Below the pieces are notes generated by a model that did no database searches, had not been told where the DNA came from, and saw nothing but the letters and a program-made list of their open reading frames with translations. Made by a program: the position numbers and the translations under genes. 64,000 bases of DNA from Spironucleus salmonicida (taxonomy: Eukaryota): the NCBI RefSeq assembly GCF_000497125.1, contig NC_090598.1, positions 1,426,001 to 1,490,000 on the forward strand, in the 5' to 3' direction. Positions within the stretch are counted from its first letter, which is position 1; each line of letters starts with the position of its first letter. This document shows, in pieces, positions 1-14,351 of this stretch.

Positions 1-3000
1 ATGCAGAAAGATACCAATAAGCAAGTGTTGAAAATAGAGGACATCCAGGCTGTGTTGAATCCTAGAATTATTTCAAATACTCCTGACTCCGATATAGGGA
101 TCCAAAAAATAAAGCATAAAGCTAGTAGTTAAAGAGATATAAAGATTAATATTTTTTTAAGTTAAACAGAAGCTGGCAGTTTCAATCCCCAAATTTATTG
201 AATTGGATATTTATAAGCAACTAGAAACGCACTTATAGTGTAAGAAGAATAAAAATTACATAAAATAAGTTATATAAAAGGGGATAATTAAATAAGCTAG
301 TTACTTATATAAAGACTAGAGCCTTGTCCTTATATAGAATAAAAATATAATCCAGGAACCAATGTAATTACTATTGATAATATCATTAAAATAATCTATT
401 ACTTAAGTTACTATGTTTATATATTATAAGGAAAAAATTTAATTAAATCTGCCAGAATTAAATCTCGATTTCCGATATACTTATTGTTGTTTGAATTACG
501 TACGATAGGAGGGATCCAAATTACATATGGTAATAGTATTTATAAATAAAATACTTAAAATATCAATAAAATACCAATCGATACTGGAGGATAAAATAAT
601 GCTTTTGGTGCTAATTTTAACAAATATATACAATTGTTGATTTAATATATACTATTTGTAAATTCAAATATGAAAACGTATACTGTAATAACTAGCATTA
701 ATATAGATAATAACAATTTTGAGTAAATAGAATTAATGAATACTGATTATAACGTCATCAAAAAATAAGGAACTTCTTAACATAAATCTAAAAAGGATAG
801 AATATAATCTTAAGCAAAAATAAAACAGTAAGAAATATTTATATTTTTTAATTTGAAAGAAATAGGACAAATTCCATTCTTACTTACTATTAGGAAATCT
901 TAATCTTATCTCTATTCAATTATCTTATTTTATTCACAAAAAAGCATAGCATCCTAAAATATATCATTTTGTATATAATTACAATCTATAGTATCAATCC
1001 ATGCTACCTTGATTCCTTAACAGTATAATTTTTTTGCAACATTAAATGAATCTTATTTAAAAATGAGATAAATTCCACAGACTTTATCGTGATTTTTTAA
1101 AATATCTAATAGATTATCTAATTGGGTTAAGTAATTATTCTAAAATAATGGATTATTTTATAAGTTAAATTTTCTATTAAAGATTTTTTCAAGTTATTTC
1201 TATTAGGTGGATGATTTTCCTGTAGTTAGAACAATATTCATGTTAAAGCTAGGCTTTTCTATATAATTAAAGAATTATTTCCCCAAATTAGTACTTTTTA
1301 ATATAAAATTGCAACTAAATAGATATATCACTGGGCCATATGATTATAAATCTACTTTATTTTATATACTGTTTTAAGCTATAACTTAGTTTGGAATTAC
1401 AGCAAAATACAATGATTGAAATTGACTATTTATTTATTTAATATATTATTTTCCTTACTTTTTATTATACTCTGAATATGATATTACATTATCTATCAGC
1501 TTAACATTATTAATACCAATATTATTTAATGTTTCTGATCCAATACTTTTATTAGCTATTGAACATATTTTATTAAAATTTATAGATACAATAATTATAA
1601 AACATTATTCATTTATGGAACAGTTAAATAACATTATATCTAAATCAGAACAATATAAAATTTATTAAGCGCGTATATTTTGAGAATAAAATAATTAATC
1701 TTTGTTTTATAATAATAAATTCTTAAAATTATAGTTTTTATTACTTTATAATAAATGTTAACTTATATCTTTATGAGTTAAAGCTATTATTTATTACACT
1801 AGTCTAACATCTTTAAATATCTAACTCTAAGCTGATTAATCCTTTTGCAAATAGTATTACATTGCAAAAATTTTTTATATCGAGAATACTTTATCATATT
1901 TAAGCCCAACTGCAATTTATGATATTTATAATTCAGGTGATAGTAAATAATTTATATCCATAATAATTGTATTAGTAAATCCAATAGATGTTAGACTTTT
2001 AAAAGTAGGTATAAAGATAGACTTTTTTCGTAAGAGAGTTAAATACTTCTTTGAAGATTAATATAAAGGATAAAAGGCTTAAGATTTGTCTAATAAATAA
2101 AATAATGTAAAAATTAGTGATAAGTATGAGCAAATAACTGGTATTACCCCATGAATTAAAAATGAAGACCAAAAATTAACACTAGTTATAAGTTATTGAG
2201 AATAATTTTTTATAAATAGGACTCGTCCAAAGTGCGGTAATATTGATAGCAAGATAATAAATATTTAAAAATACTTGATATTATTTAAAATATTGACAAT
2301 ATTATCACTGAATTAAAATAGTGATAAATATTAGTTTTTTTTGATACTTGTCTTTTAGTAAGTACCTTTGCATTAGTAAATTAAGCAATCATCATTTATT
2401 TGTTATACTTTAAATAAAAAAGTGCGATTATATAATAGCTAAATCTCTTATAAATGTTCTTATAAAGTAAACGCTAGCTAGTCATATGGAAAGTAATTTA
2501 AATGCTATAAATAATTAATTAAAGCTTAGCTAACAATACTATTCTGGTTTAGTGCATTACCGATGGAAAATATTTTTTAACCTGCATATAACTATTAATT
2601 TTAATAAATAATATAGCATCCTAATTTAACCTTTTACTAATAGGAAAGACTAAAAACTTAACAAATTTTATTTAAAGATGGCTAGAGTTTAATATATTAT
2701 ATGCTATTTAATTGGTTAGTCATTCTTTCATTCTAATTTACAATATCATTTGGTAAAACTACACCATCAAAATATAAAATATCTGATTCTTATAATACTA
2801 GAATATCATTTTATTAAACTTGATTCAATAATTTAAACTAATACTACCCTTTATTATAAGCAAGAACTAAATTTTAGTCATAAATTTATTGAAAAATTTT
2901 ATAAATATAGGAAATTTTCGTTTTATTTTTAGTTTTCTTATGTACAGTATTCTATGTTTTAATTTTATCCTATAATAAAAATTAATCTTTAATTTTTGTG

Positions 3001-3254
3001 TCATCGTTATATTTAAATTGCAACTAAATCATGAAATTAATTGGATAGTAAACTAAAAGTGATATAAAATTATTAAAATTAGGAGAATAAAATGTGATTT
3101 CAGATTCGAAAATCCAGCCTATAAAACTTAATAATATGGATAATGAAATAAGTCTATTCTTCCCATATTTAATTATTTTCTTTAACAAAGACTCCTTCAA
3201 ATTATAAATTTTATTTATATTTTCATAAAAACGTATTGATTCGATCTTAGTCAT
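1..3254 (-). CDS. Degenerate P-type ATPase-like membrane protein (C-terminus runs off window edge)
   Basis: Code-6 translation gives N-terminal KYGKNRL, A-domain-like VQQNDILVLQESDILYFDGVVL, TM4-like HGVIPVICSY, P-domain-like LRKKSIFIPTFKSLTSIGFTNTIIMDINYLL and several C-terminal hydrophobic helices. Confidence 0.7.
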
Positions 3255-3329
3255 TTTTTAATTTATCGTCAGATTATTTTATTATAATATTCTATATAAT
3301 TAACTTTTTACTAATGATAACCTATCTAA

Positions 3330-4949
3330 ATGAAAACCTAATCATTATCTTAAACTAGATTACATGAAACTATGATAATCACCTACTCATAAATTAAGGA
3401 AAATATAGTTAATCATAGATTATTATAGACACCAGACTCTAGAAAAATATTAAAATAGTAAATAAGATTATATCTGAATCAAAATAAATATTAGAAGACT
3501 GAACAGATAATCGAAATAGCAATTTATTATCTTAATATGTTTAGAGATGGAGATTAGTATATTTAGTGGTTAAATAAGTATAATATTGGTAATGGATAAG
3601 AGAAATTTTATTATGGACTATTAAAATACTATTTGGGACGTTAGTAACTACAAAATATAAATAAAACATACTATTCACTTCCTTATTCATTAAAATAGTC
3701 GAAATTAATATAGAAGATATAGAAAAAAGCAATGCGATTATAGAATATTTCATTTACTGAATCACTAAATGATACAAGTATTTCTTCATAGACAACGCCA
3801 ATATCATAACTTGCAACATAATTAGAAGAGTATAGATATTTATATTATCTATAAGCAGAATTTTCTAACTATCTTAGTTCTATTCGTTAAATAAATCCTT
3901 ATTTAATTCTTGGATAAAACAAATTTATTGTTTCAAAAATGTGCAATTATATATCTCCGTTGAATCATATTTCAGTTTATTACTAGTTTCATTAAAAAAT
4001 AAAGATAACGTAGCAGATTTATATACCTAATAATACTAAATTAAAAATAGTATATTTAGAGTTTATAACAAAAATTAATTCTAACTAACCTATTTAAATC
4101 AAAAACTATGAAATTTAAGTTTTAAAATAGTTAGGATAAGGTGGATTTGGTATTGTTAAAGCTGGAAAAATTAACAATGAAAATATTGCATTAAAATTTT
4201 ATACTAGAGAAAAAGATAATTTACAAGTAATAGATTATGGTGTATCTGCATCATTTTTAAGAGAAGTATATATATTGGCTTTACTATAAAATAATTCTTA
4301 ATTAAATTATTTTCCATCATTTTATTGCGGTATTGTTTCTTAATATGATGGTTGTGTAATATTACAATAAAGATTAAGAGGAAGATCACTCTATGAATTA
4401 ATGAAAGATAATATGAAATACAAAGGTGTAAGTTCAACATGTTTTTAAGAAGAATAAGTAATATTATATTTTCTCTAAATGTTGATTATAATAAGATAAT
4501 TAGTAGTCAATCATATTATTCATTGTGACTGCAAGATTGATAATTGGATGATAAATAATGGATAAATATATATTATAGATTTTGGAAAAGCAATAAACCT
4601 TTAATTATTTAGAGTTGACAATAATATAGTATAATTTCCTGGTGATTGTTTAAATTCTGTTTCCCCCAGTCCAAGTTGTGCGGAAGCATGGGCTTTTGAG
4701 GCTGATTTTTGTGCATTAGCATCATGCTTATTTTCTCTTGTTCAAGGTCGTTTATTGGTTAAGGAGGATATAATTGATAATTAGGTAGTAATGAAAGCTA
4801 GTAAGTATATGAAAAAATCTCAATTGATCCATATAACAATTTAATAGTTATTATTTTCAGAAATGAAATATATTACATATGATTAACAGTAATAAGAAGC
4901 ATTAGAATAAATTGATGAATTAATTTAACAGTTTTCCATTAATGATTGA
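3330..4949 (+). CDS. Bub1/MadBub-like protein kinase (539 aa)
   Basis: LGQGGFGIV, IALK, IIHCDCKIDNWM, IIDFGKAINL and WAFEADFCALA motifs. The N-terminal QWLNKYNIGNGQEKFYY resembles the Mad3/Bub1 TPR region. Confidence 0.7.
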
Positions 4950-4987
4950 GAGTATAATATATAATAATATTAAAAATTATTATTATA

Positions 4988-5941
4988 ATGAACTTAGTAA
5001 AATAATTTAAACAGACTTATATATCTTTATAAAGTACAATTTATTAATCTTCATAAGCAAAATATACGATATAAGTTGTGACAGAATATAAACTACATCT
5101 AGCAGCAATTCGAGAATATAAAATATTTGATGATGCTTAAGTAAAGTTGTCTATTTTAGTTAGTCAAGAACGTTCAGATTTATTAGTACAACTAATAATT
5201 TCTAAAGCAAAATATTATGGATTACAATGTTTCATGGCATCTATATATTTTAATCCGTTAGATTGTATTTTTTTATAGTATAAAAATTCTCACTATTTAA
5301 TTAGTTTATAAATACAGCCAGAAAAAGAAGAAAATTTATCTTAGTGGTAATTATTTTAGCAATAGTTAGATAACTCGACTAATCAATATATTTCTTTAGA
5401 ACACTTTTTTTCATAACGAGATACACACTAATATATTAGTTACAATATTGTGTAGTTTTTAGAGTTATTTAAAGATTACTAACAGAATCAATTCATTAAG
5501 CTTGATGCAAATATACTTATTCTGTGGAATTATATTAAAATGGATATGACACTTCTTCCACAAATTGTTGCATATAATATTAATAATCTTATATAAATTC
5601 CTTTAGAGATACTTACATCCTAAGAGCTTCTAAATTTCAATTTTTATGATTACGATTTTATTAACAGTATTAAAAATTTTATCATTTATTAAGATACCTT
5701 TGATAGAGACCTAAAACTTATATTGGGATTACCATATGAGCAGATTTATGTTGAGATTGATGAAGATATTCAAAATTTGCTACAATAACTTTAACCATGG
5801 CTTTAATAAAGATTTGTTTAAGTAATATTAAAATCTCATAGTATCATACGAGAATAGCACAAGGGAATATGCTGGAAAAATCAGTATCTTATTGTAGGCG
5901 ATACATTTGATATATAAGACATTATACAAATATTATTCTGA
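4988..5941 (+). CDS. Hypothetical protein
   Basis: ATG-to-TGA frame in code 6, flanked by short AT-rich intergenics. No motif recognised. Confidence 0.55.
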
Positions 5942-5978
5942 GTAATTTTATGTTTATATTTTATATTTCAATTCTAAA

Positions 5979-6689
5979 ATGAGGAGTATTTTTCGAAATA
6001 AAGTAGTTTAAGGTAGATTTACTCCTAATCCTTTGTAGGTAAAACTTATAACATAAACACCTATATAAAGTTCTTTTAATAAGCAACACATAAATACCCC
6101 ATCATAGTTGTAATATATATACTAAACGCCAAGAAATAAACAATTAGGGCGGCCAATGTCACAGAAATTGTTTACTTCTACAACGAATATTAATTTATAG
6201 TCAATAATAGCATTACGTGATGAAATAGAACCATAAGACACTTTAACATAATAATAGTAAACTAATACGATGTTTACAAAAACCGCTTAAAAAAATTAAG
6301 GATTTAAGTCTTAGTTTACATATGGATAACATGGTCAACCTAAAGTATCAAAATAAGAAGCTAATGCTAAGTAGTTAGACTATTTAAGAAAAATGAAACC
6401 AGAAATGTTTGAATCTGATTAATAATAAATATTTAGACTTCAAAAATAAGCTATAACATACTAATTGATACATTAAAATGATACACAAGTAGAGTTACTA
6501 TAATAACGAATTAAGGAGTAAGTAAATTAACGAGAACTTGAAATGAATTAGCGGGGATCTATCGATTATAAAAAATTGAATATAATGCCTGGGTGTGCCA
6601 CAACACGAGTTTAAATTCCTTCATATGTATAATTGTTATATTAATATTATACTTCTCCAGAAATCGTTTTGAAACGAAATAGCAAATGA
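5979..6689 (+). CDS. Hypothetical protein
   Basis: Code-6 frame MRSIFRNKVVQGRFTPNP... ending in TGA. Confidence 0.55.
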
Positions 6690-6709
6690 ATTAATAATAG
6701 ATAATCCAA

Positions 6710-8185
6710 TCAGTCTAACTCGTCATCATTTAGTAAACTAAGTATATCCTATTACATAGTTTCATCTTTGTAACTATTTGCACTTTCTACAAGACCTAAT
6801 TGATGAGACTAGATCTGTTTCTGTTATTATGATTTATCTAAAATCAATATTGGGAATTAATAATCTTAACCAGCAGAAAACTTTAGACAAAACTTTTCAT
6901 TTTGCGATTAATATTTTGATATTTATTGATGTTCAAATGAATCTTCCTTAATTGTTTATTTAATAGGAGATAATTAATTAATATTTAGAAATGAATTATT
7001 CTACTCTTAATGCATTAGTTATGTTTAAGTAAAAGATTAGTTTTAGTTAGTGTGGTCCTAATGTTGTTATATATTAGTATTTTCAATTATAATCTCGCTT
7101 TTTATGCTATCTAGTTGCAAAATACAATTAGCATTTCCTATCTTTCGCTGAAAATATAGATCTCCTAAAGGGGATAAAACAATTAAATTTTGTTTGTTAG
7201 ATGGATGTAGTAAATTTTAACCTTCAATACTATAAACCAGTGAAATAATATCATTACCCAATAACTTGGCAAATTCCTACATTAAAATATTTTTACCAAT
7301 ATTAACACTGATAGCGGAAAAAGATGCATCTTTAAATATTTCTTTTATTGTTTCCTACTCATTTACTAGCTTTTCTACATATTTTTTATCATTAAAAGTA
7401 CTTAAAACACGTTATGCTTAGACTTAACATTAGTTAAAGAAGAATAAATTTTTTCGTTAAAATGTGCACCAAATTTAACGGACAGCTCCTATAGCTGTTG
7501 GATGAAGAAACTTTTGATATTAAATAGTTTTACTACTTATTTTAGCTCTCATATCTTAGTAGTTAACAAAATCGCTAATTTAAATGGAAAATTCAATTTC
7601 TTCATTGCTTTGAAAAGCTTTTAAAATAGCATTAGCAGTAGAAATTCTTGTAGGAAAAATAAAAATTTACTCATTTGAAGTAAATATAGGATGTTATTAT
7701 AAGTCTTAAAAAGATCCATATACCTTAGTTAGATTAATTTTTAGTATAGAATAAATTATTTTATATAATTCAATTAATTCAATGTCTAAATGTGATGAAA
7801 TACACGGAAATTCTATAGAAAGATGTGAATAAAACATAGTTTTATTGCTTTTAGATCGTATTTATCGTTTAAATCGAAGAAAATTTTTGTCACCTAAAAT
7901 TTTTAATGGAAAAATATCTGAAGCATTTAAAATTGAATTTAATTTCTATATATTAAGAGCTGAGAACTCATATATATAGTTCTTAGTATTATTCAATGTT
8001 TAACCATTAAAAGGTTGGTTTGAGCAAAATGTAGTATTTTCTGTGAAAAGGAGTAACTAGGAATGTTCAAAGAAGAATGCTACGTAAAAACGAGTACATA
8101 ATTGACTTATTTATCCAAAATATTTAAATGCTTCTTTAATAGCATAAGAAGTTTCAGAATGTAAAGTTACTTCGAATAAAGACAT
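6710..8185 (-). CDS. Hypothetical protein (~491 aa)
   Basis: Code-6 frame starting MSLFEVTLHSETSYAIKEAFKYFG, with an in-frame TGA at 6710-6712. Confidence 0.55.
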
Positions 8186-8234
8186 TTTAATATAATAAAT
8201 AATAAATATAATAATAGCAAATATTAATATCTAG

Positions 8235-8849
8235 ATGAATTAAATTACGGAAATTAACTTTAGTTATATAGCGATGAAGATAAATGTATATTTATATAAT
8301 AAACAGGTAATAGATTATGGTTCAATCCTTAAATATCTATAAAAATAATATGATTTGTAATAGAAAATTGATTTATCAACGTTTATTTAGTATTGCGAAT
8401 TATATATTGATAAATATGACGATATATTTGAACCTGAGTATGTAAGTGATATAAAAGTTTATAATAATACGATTAAATATTTAATAAAATGGAAAGATTT
8501 TAAACTATAACCTAGTCATCTAGAAGATTGGGTTACAATTGATGAAATAGATGAAAATCTCATATATGATTTTCTACAAATCCCAAAGAATCTTGAAAAA
8601 ATGTCTGAACTTTTAGCCAATAATAAGTACTAATACGAGTAATTAAATCATCTTAGAATCTATCTAAGTCATCCTACTTTATTACATTTTGCTGTTCTAT
8701 TGAATCTTATTTAGTAACAATTTAGGGCAGTACAGAAGTAAGAGGGCTTAATGCTTGTGGCTATAGGAAATGAATAGTATCTGATAACCCGTACAGTAGT
8801 AGCTAATAATCCAGTTCTATCTTAATTTGTATTAGAAAGTATGGTTTGA
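8235..8849 (+). CDS. Chromodomain protein (204 aa)
   Basis: FEPEYVSDIKVYNNTIKYLIKWKDF...EDWVTIDEI matches the chromodomain pattern (YxVExI...YLVKWKG...TW). Confidence 0.7.
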
Positions 8850-8863
8850 GTGAAATCTAAAAA

Positions 8864-11338
8864 TCAAAGCTCACCAGCAACTTCATTGATAAACTTTCCT
8901 AATTAATCATTTCCAAAATCTTCATAATCCATTTTTTCAATCATACTAATTAAAATAGCTTGAAACTCTTATTCTTTGGCTATATGTTATAAAAATATCA
9001 TACATTTATTTTATACTAGGCTTCTATTTATTCCTTCAAATTATCCTCTTGCAGCAAAAGAATAACAGTATTCAATTAAAGTTTATATATTAGACCTGAT
9101 ATCATCAGCAAAAGATGTTTGAGGAATAAATAATAGGATACATAGTAGAGCATCACAAGCAGCGTTTGAAAATTTATCATCGTCCGCTAAAACAGTAGTA
9201 AATAATTCTTCAGATAATTTCTAATATGCAAAAATAGCCAAATCCTTAGTAATAACAAGAATTCTGACCAATAATTATAACATTTCAGGTGATATCTCAG
9301 TATTAATGACAAAATAAAACAGAAACAATGGAGCAATCTTTGATATATTAGAATTGGCATATAATGTTTTAGAAATTTTTTAGTATATAAACCCAGAGAT
9401 GATATTTCCAACCCCTGAATCTAGAGAAACATTAAAATATTTATCTTCTTAAAACCCACTTTGAATTGCAAATTATGCTAAAATATCATCTTCAAATTAT
9501 CTACCGTGTAGAATACTAAAAATTGCATTAAATTAAGTTGGATTATTAAGTAAATATTAGCATACTGTTTTCAATAGTAATTCTATATCTGGATTATTCT
9601 ATAATTAAGCTTCGCATAAATCAATTTATTATTTTTAAGTCTCTTGAGAAGGTAATTAACTCCCGAGTGCCTCACAAAAAAGTCCACTAAGTTATGTCAT
9701 ATTTTGATAATATCTTTAAATAAAAGATAAAAGACCAATAAAATAATGTGTTGCAGGCAACTCATCACCTAGTTCTATTAATTTCTAATCTATACCCTTT
9801 GATACTTACATAATATTATCAGATTTTATTTAATCAAATGTTTCAATCTTCTTAAAAGATAAAACTAAAAATAGTAACTATTCATAATTAAGGTGCACCA
9901 AATTATTGAAATAAAATTCAAATTCAAATCCATTTGATTCAATAAATAATGGCTTAATTGGTTCTTCATTTTCATCAATTATTTATGAACTAGCTAATTT
10001 CTAATCATTGACAATAAAACCTATTAACCTTAAGAAAGGAAATTCACATTCTAAAATTAGTTTTGGAAACAATGAAAAGCAGCGGATAAACAAATCAATT
10101 GCAACAAATTTATCTGAATCAGGTAATAATACTGCATGTAAGCAATATTTAACACAAGATCTAGCTATTTCTTCATGATACTTATTTTCTTAAGATGCAA
10201 AAATAGTAAAAGCTACTAATACTTCAAATCTTAGTCTATTTTCCGAATAAAGCGGACAAGTATTCTTTAAATTTGTAATAGAACACGATAAGAGTTTATT
10301 GAATGACTAAGGTGTAAGAGTATTTGTACAAGTTAAGCACAATTTAAAGAAATGTGTTAATGAATAGTTTATTAGTGGTATTTCTTTAATTAGTCTTGAC
10401 ATAATTACATTTTAATAAATAATGTATATAGAGTCTGCATTTATCTCTCTAATATGTTTAATAATATCACATAAATAGTCTGTAATAATATCGAATAATT
10501 TTCTAGCACTAGAAGACACTTAGTTAAGAGCTATAACAGACTATAACATAATGACAGCAAAATCGTAAAAAAGTAAATAATCTTCAAGAATACATTCAGA
10601 GATCAAATTAATATCCAAATTGTTTACCAACTATTAACAGACTTTAACACAAAACTCCTAAGGTAAGCGCAATAATAACTAAGGGAACGGATAACAAAAA
10701 TCAGCCCGTGGATCTAGCATTTCAATAAAATCGGTAATCTCTGGGAATGTTGTTATTGATTTTTTACATACCGATGATAAGTGATCAATAAGCTTACGTG
10801 TATTCTCAAATGAACTTCGAGTAAATAATGGCATGTTAAGAGGATAATCAATTTTTAGTGATATATTTTCATTGTTTTAAGAAATTAATCTTGATACATC
10901 AATTGTTTAATACACTTTAGGTAAAGTAGTAGGTGGCGACTTTAATCTTTCTGTATTTCGTGGTATAGTAGGATATACAATCGATGGAACTTACTACCCC
11001 GTGGCATTTTCATAAATAGAGATAAACAGTTTTAAAATTGTCTATTCATCTTTTGCTATAATTCGATCAATTATTTCTTAATTTAAAATAAATGGAAGAT
11101 TATTTTTTCTATGAAGCTGAAGAATACGATCCCAATTATGTTATGAGCACTTAAATGAAGTATTATTTTCTAATGTTCTAGTCTCAAACTTTTCAGATCC
11201 ATGAATTTTTCTCAACAGATGGCCAAAAGCCCACCCATTATGAAAATCATGCTTTAGATGTGCAGTGGGTAAATTTAATTTTAACGACTAAAACCAATTA
11301 GTAACGCATGGGGGAACTTAAATCACCGAAGATTACAT
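8864..11338 (-). CDS. N-terminal calponin-homology (Spef1/CH_2-like) domain protein
   Basis: WFQSLKL...KHDFHNGWAFGHLLRKIH...HNWDRI resembles Spef1-type CH domains and is followed by a long helical region. Confidence 0.6.
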
Positions 11339-11380
11339 TGCGGAATTTAAAATAATAATATTAAATACAATATAAACTCG

Positions 11381-11800
11381 ATGATTTAATTGAAAATTAC
11401 CATTTCACTCCTTCGAATGATTATAGGACGGGCGGACCAATTCTAGTATGCGGATATATCGTCAATTTCTGATTTCAATTATATATATGAGTCTCACTAC
11501 TTTTCACTAAGTTTTTTAACCAATGAGTAAAACAGTTTTATATATGTAGTATCCCACTTCTACCATAAATCTAATTCACTAATAAAGATATCTTAATAAC
11601 TTAAATTTAATAATTAATGTGTTTATTGGATCATATATTTAAAACCTTATACGGCCTGCTAAGTACTTTCCGCTTCTTATTCTATTTATTTTTTTCTCAG
11701 CTTGTTACTGCTTCGTTGTTAAAAATATACTGGTATAATATTCACACCTATTTATACCAAAGGTGCTGGTAATACTGGGCTTATTCCTGGTACTTCGTGA
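11381..11800 (+). CDS. Small hypothetical protein
   Basis: Code-6 open frame of 139 aa ending in TGA. Confidence 0.35.
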
Positions 11801-12200
11801 TAAATTAATAGTAGAGCGAATTAATGAATCAGTGCATTAAGTTCTATAAATGTTTGTGGCTATACTGGAATTGGAAACAATTAACTTGGAGTTAACAATA
11901 CTTAATTAGTTTACTACTGGATAATATTATCTGTCTTTAAATAATCTGCGTTCATATTTTGTATCTAAACAGGAACTTCAACAATTGTCACATTATCAAT
12001 TTCTTATTCTACCACATAAGAATCTTATGAATAAGATGAAAATTATACAACTTAATTACTGTCTATCTTTTACAGTTATTTGATGCATTATTGTTGAATG
12101 TTAAACTATTATTATATGGAGTGATCTAAATATAAATTAATTCGATTGAAACAAAGCTAACAGAGCTGATTTTATAATAACAATTAATCAATTTTTAATT

Positions 12201-14336
12201 ATGAGCCTAATAAAGGACTCATATAATCCTACAAATCAATGTTTTATCTGCATATTTCGCAGTTCATTTGATTTATTAATAGAATTATATATATTTTATA
12301 CTATCTATAAAATGTTTATCCAATTGAATTCAGAATCAGCAGGAATTTTAGCTATTTAAGAACTCTAAAACTAGTATAATGATCAGCTTATTATTTATAT
12401 GTAAATATTATCTTCGATGAACTACACTTATTATATTAAATTTCCAAAGTAGTTTATTGATGAATTATTAGTGAAAAAACATTTTAAGAGTAAAGGTGCT
12501 AAAGTTTATAAATTTGATACCTATATGATGGCTTTTAATATAGAGCTTAATTAAATCTAGTTTACAGAGTAGTAAATTTCAAATTATAATAATGCTATAA
12601 GGATTTAATAAGAGATAACAACTACAAATTAGATACATCCAATTATGATTATAATAATTGATATCTCTTAATATAGAATAGTATAAGATTTAAAATAATT
12701 CATAAATAAAGGTTTGCTTTTAAAATAATACAAATAAGGTTAAAAAAATGTTATCGGAATGTTATTTCCAATTTAAAAGATTAATATTTAAGATATTAGA
12801 GATATAATTTTACCTAATTATAATATATTCAGCTAGTAGTTTATTACGAAAAATAAATTTCTTTTACCTCTAACAATATCCCACTTAACATTTACCACTG
12901 CAGATTGGTAACAGGTTTGCAATATAAACAGTAAAATTATAAGTGCGAAATAAATGTACACTGATTCTACACTTATAGGGCCCAATTTTATTATGAAGTT
13001 TAGTTCGCTTTAGTAATAAAGTTTAATTTTAGATAAAATAAATTCTGTATTTGTATCAGGAGTTATAACAAAAACTTGTAATATTAAAAATTCTTTTTAT
13101 GCTTCAATTTTGTATGCAGCAAACTATATTGACTATCGAATTTTTTGGTACTTAATCCCTAAAGAAATATAAAGATTTTAGTAACATAAACCAATTATGT
13201 ATCCGCCAAAATTTTGTTTGGTTGATGCATTTCCATTATTATGCTATACATAAAGTGAATCATAAAATGTTTAGATTAGTAAAATTGTATATAACAAAAA
13301 AAATTCGATAGGAATGAATTTCCTTATTTATGTTGAAACAGACACAGATATAGAAGTTTTAAAAAACTATTGCTACACTTTCCCGAAAATGCATATATTT
13401 TTTTAATATATTGGAAATTATTTTAGTATACTTGTGCATGATGGTATAATTAATCATTTAACAATCAAACAGTTTTTGAATAGTTAATTTGAATATAATT
13501 ATTCACTGCTATAATTTAAAGCTAAGTAACTTTTACTGAGTTCATAATTATTTTTATAATTATCATTTCCGACCGCACTTTTAGATAGTTTGAATGATAT
13601 CTATGCGTTTTATTAGAGTAATAATATAAATAAGAAATTAATATAGTAATCTCAAGCTTAAAACTAGAAGATACCAATAAGATAAGAAAACAAATTCTTT
13701 ATATAGTAAAATATTGGGATAATTTTTATTGATTTTGAGGCATTTTATTATGATAGAATTAATCAATACCCATCAGAATGTGGAATTTCTATTGTTATAA
13801 ATGACTAAAAATATTAGTCGTACCATTTTTTCATAAAACAAGACAACAATATATTTGATTAATTTACTGAAATATAAAAAGAAAAATTATCTTTAATTGA
13901 AAAAATAACTAATATTCCTTACAATAAATCTATTGTACCATAAGAAAATTATTTTTCTGAACATTAACTGGAATAGTTTATCAAAGACTTAAAAAGGTTT
14001 TCAAGTTTTAATTTATAATAAAAATATTTACACTAATTAGTTAGTAGTACTAGCTTATAATATGAATATTTATAGGAACCATTATTTGTTGCTAAAGGTA
14101 TTAACCTAGAAAACTTAATTTTAAATTAAAAACTGAAACTATAATGTTCACTAATAGAATTTGAAAATATATTATGTGGCTAGTAAATAAATTTAGAAGA
14201 TATGCACTCACTTAATAGACAGTATCAATATTGTGAATATCATTAGCATAATCATAGTGATTTGTGCCAAGTTCATTGTGCGCTTGATGACTGCAGATAT
14301 TTAGAGAGTAAATTTCTAAATAGGGTCATAAAATGA
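12201..14336 (+). CDS. Protein with C-terminal Maelstrom-like / DEDDh nuclease domain (711 aa)
   Basis: IFIDFEAF...YPSECGI...SYHFFIK...FVAKGINLE...CEYHQHNHSDLCQVHCALDDCRYL. Confidence 0.6.
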
Positions 14337-14351
14337 TATATTAAATTAAAA

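Noticed and set aside
1-1500. Plus-strand ORF from base 1 with TGA read as Trp
   Set aside because: The minus-strand frame gives a coherent P-type ATPase-like protein, and TGA behaves as the stop elsewhere.
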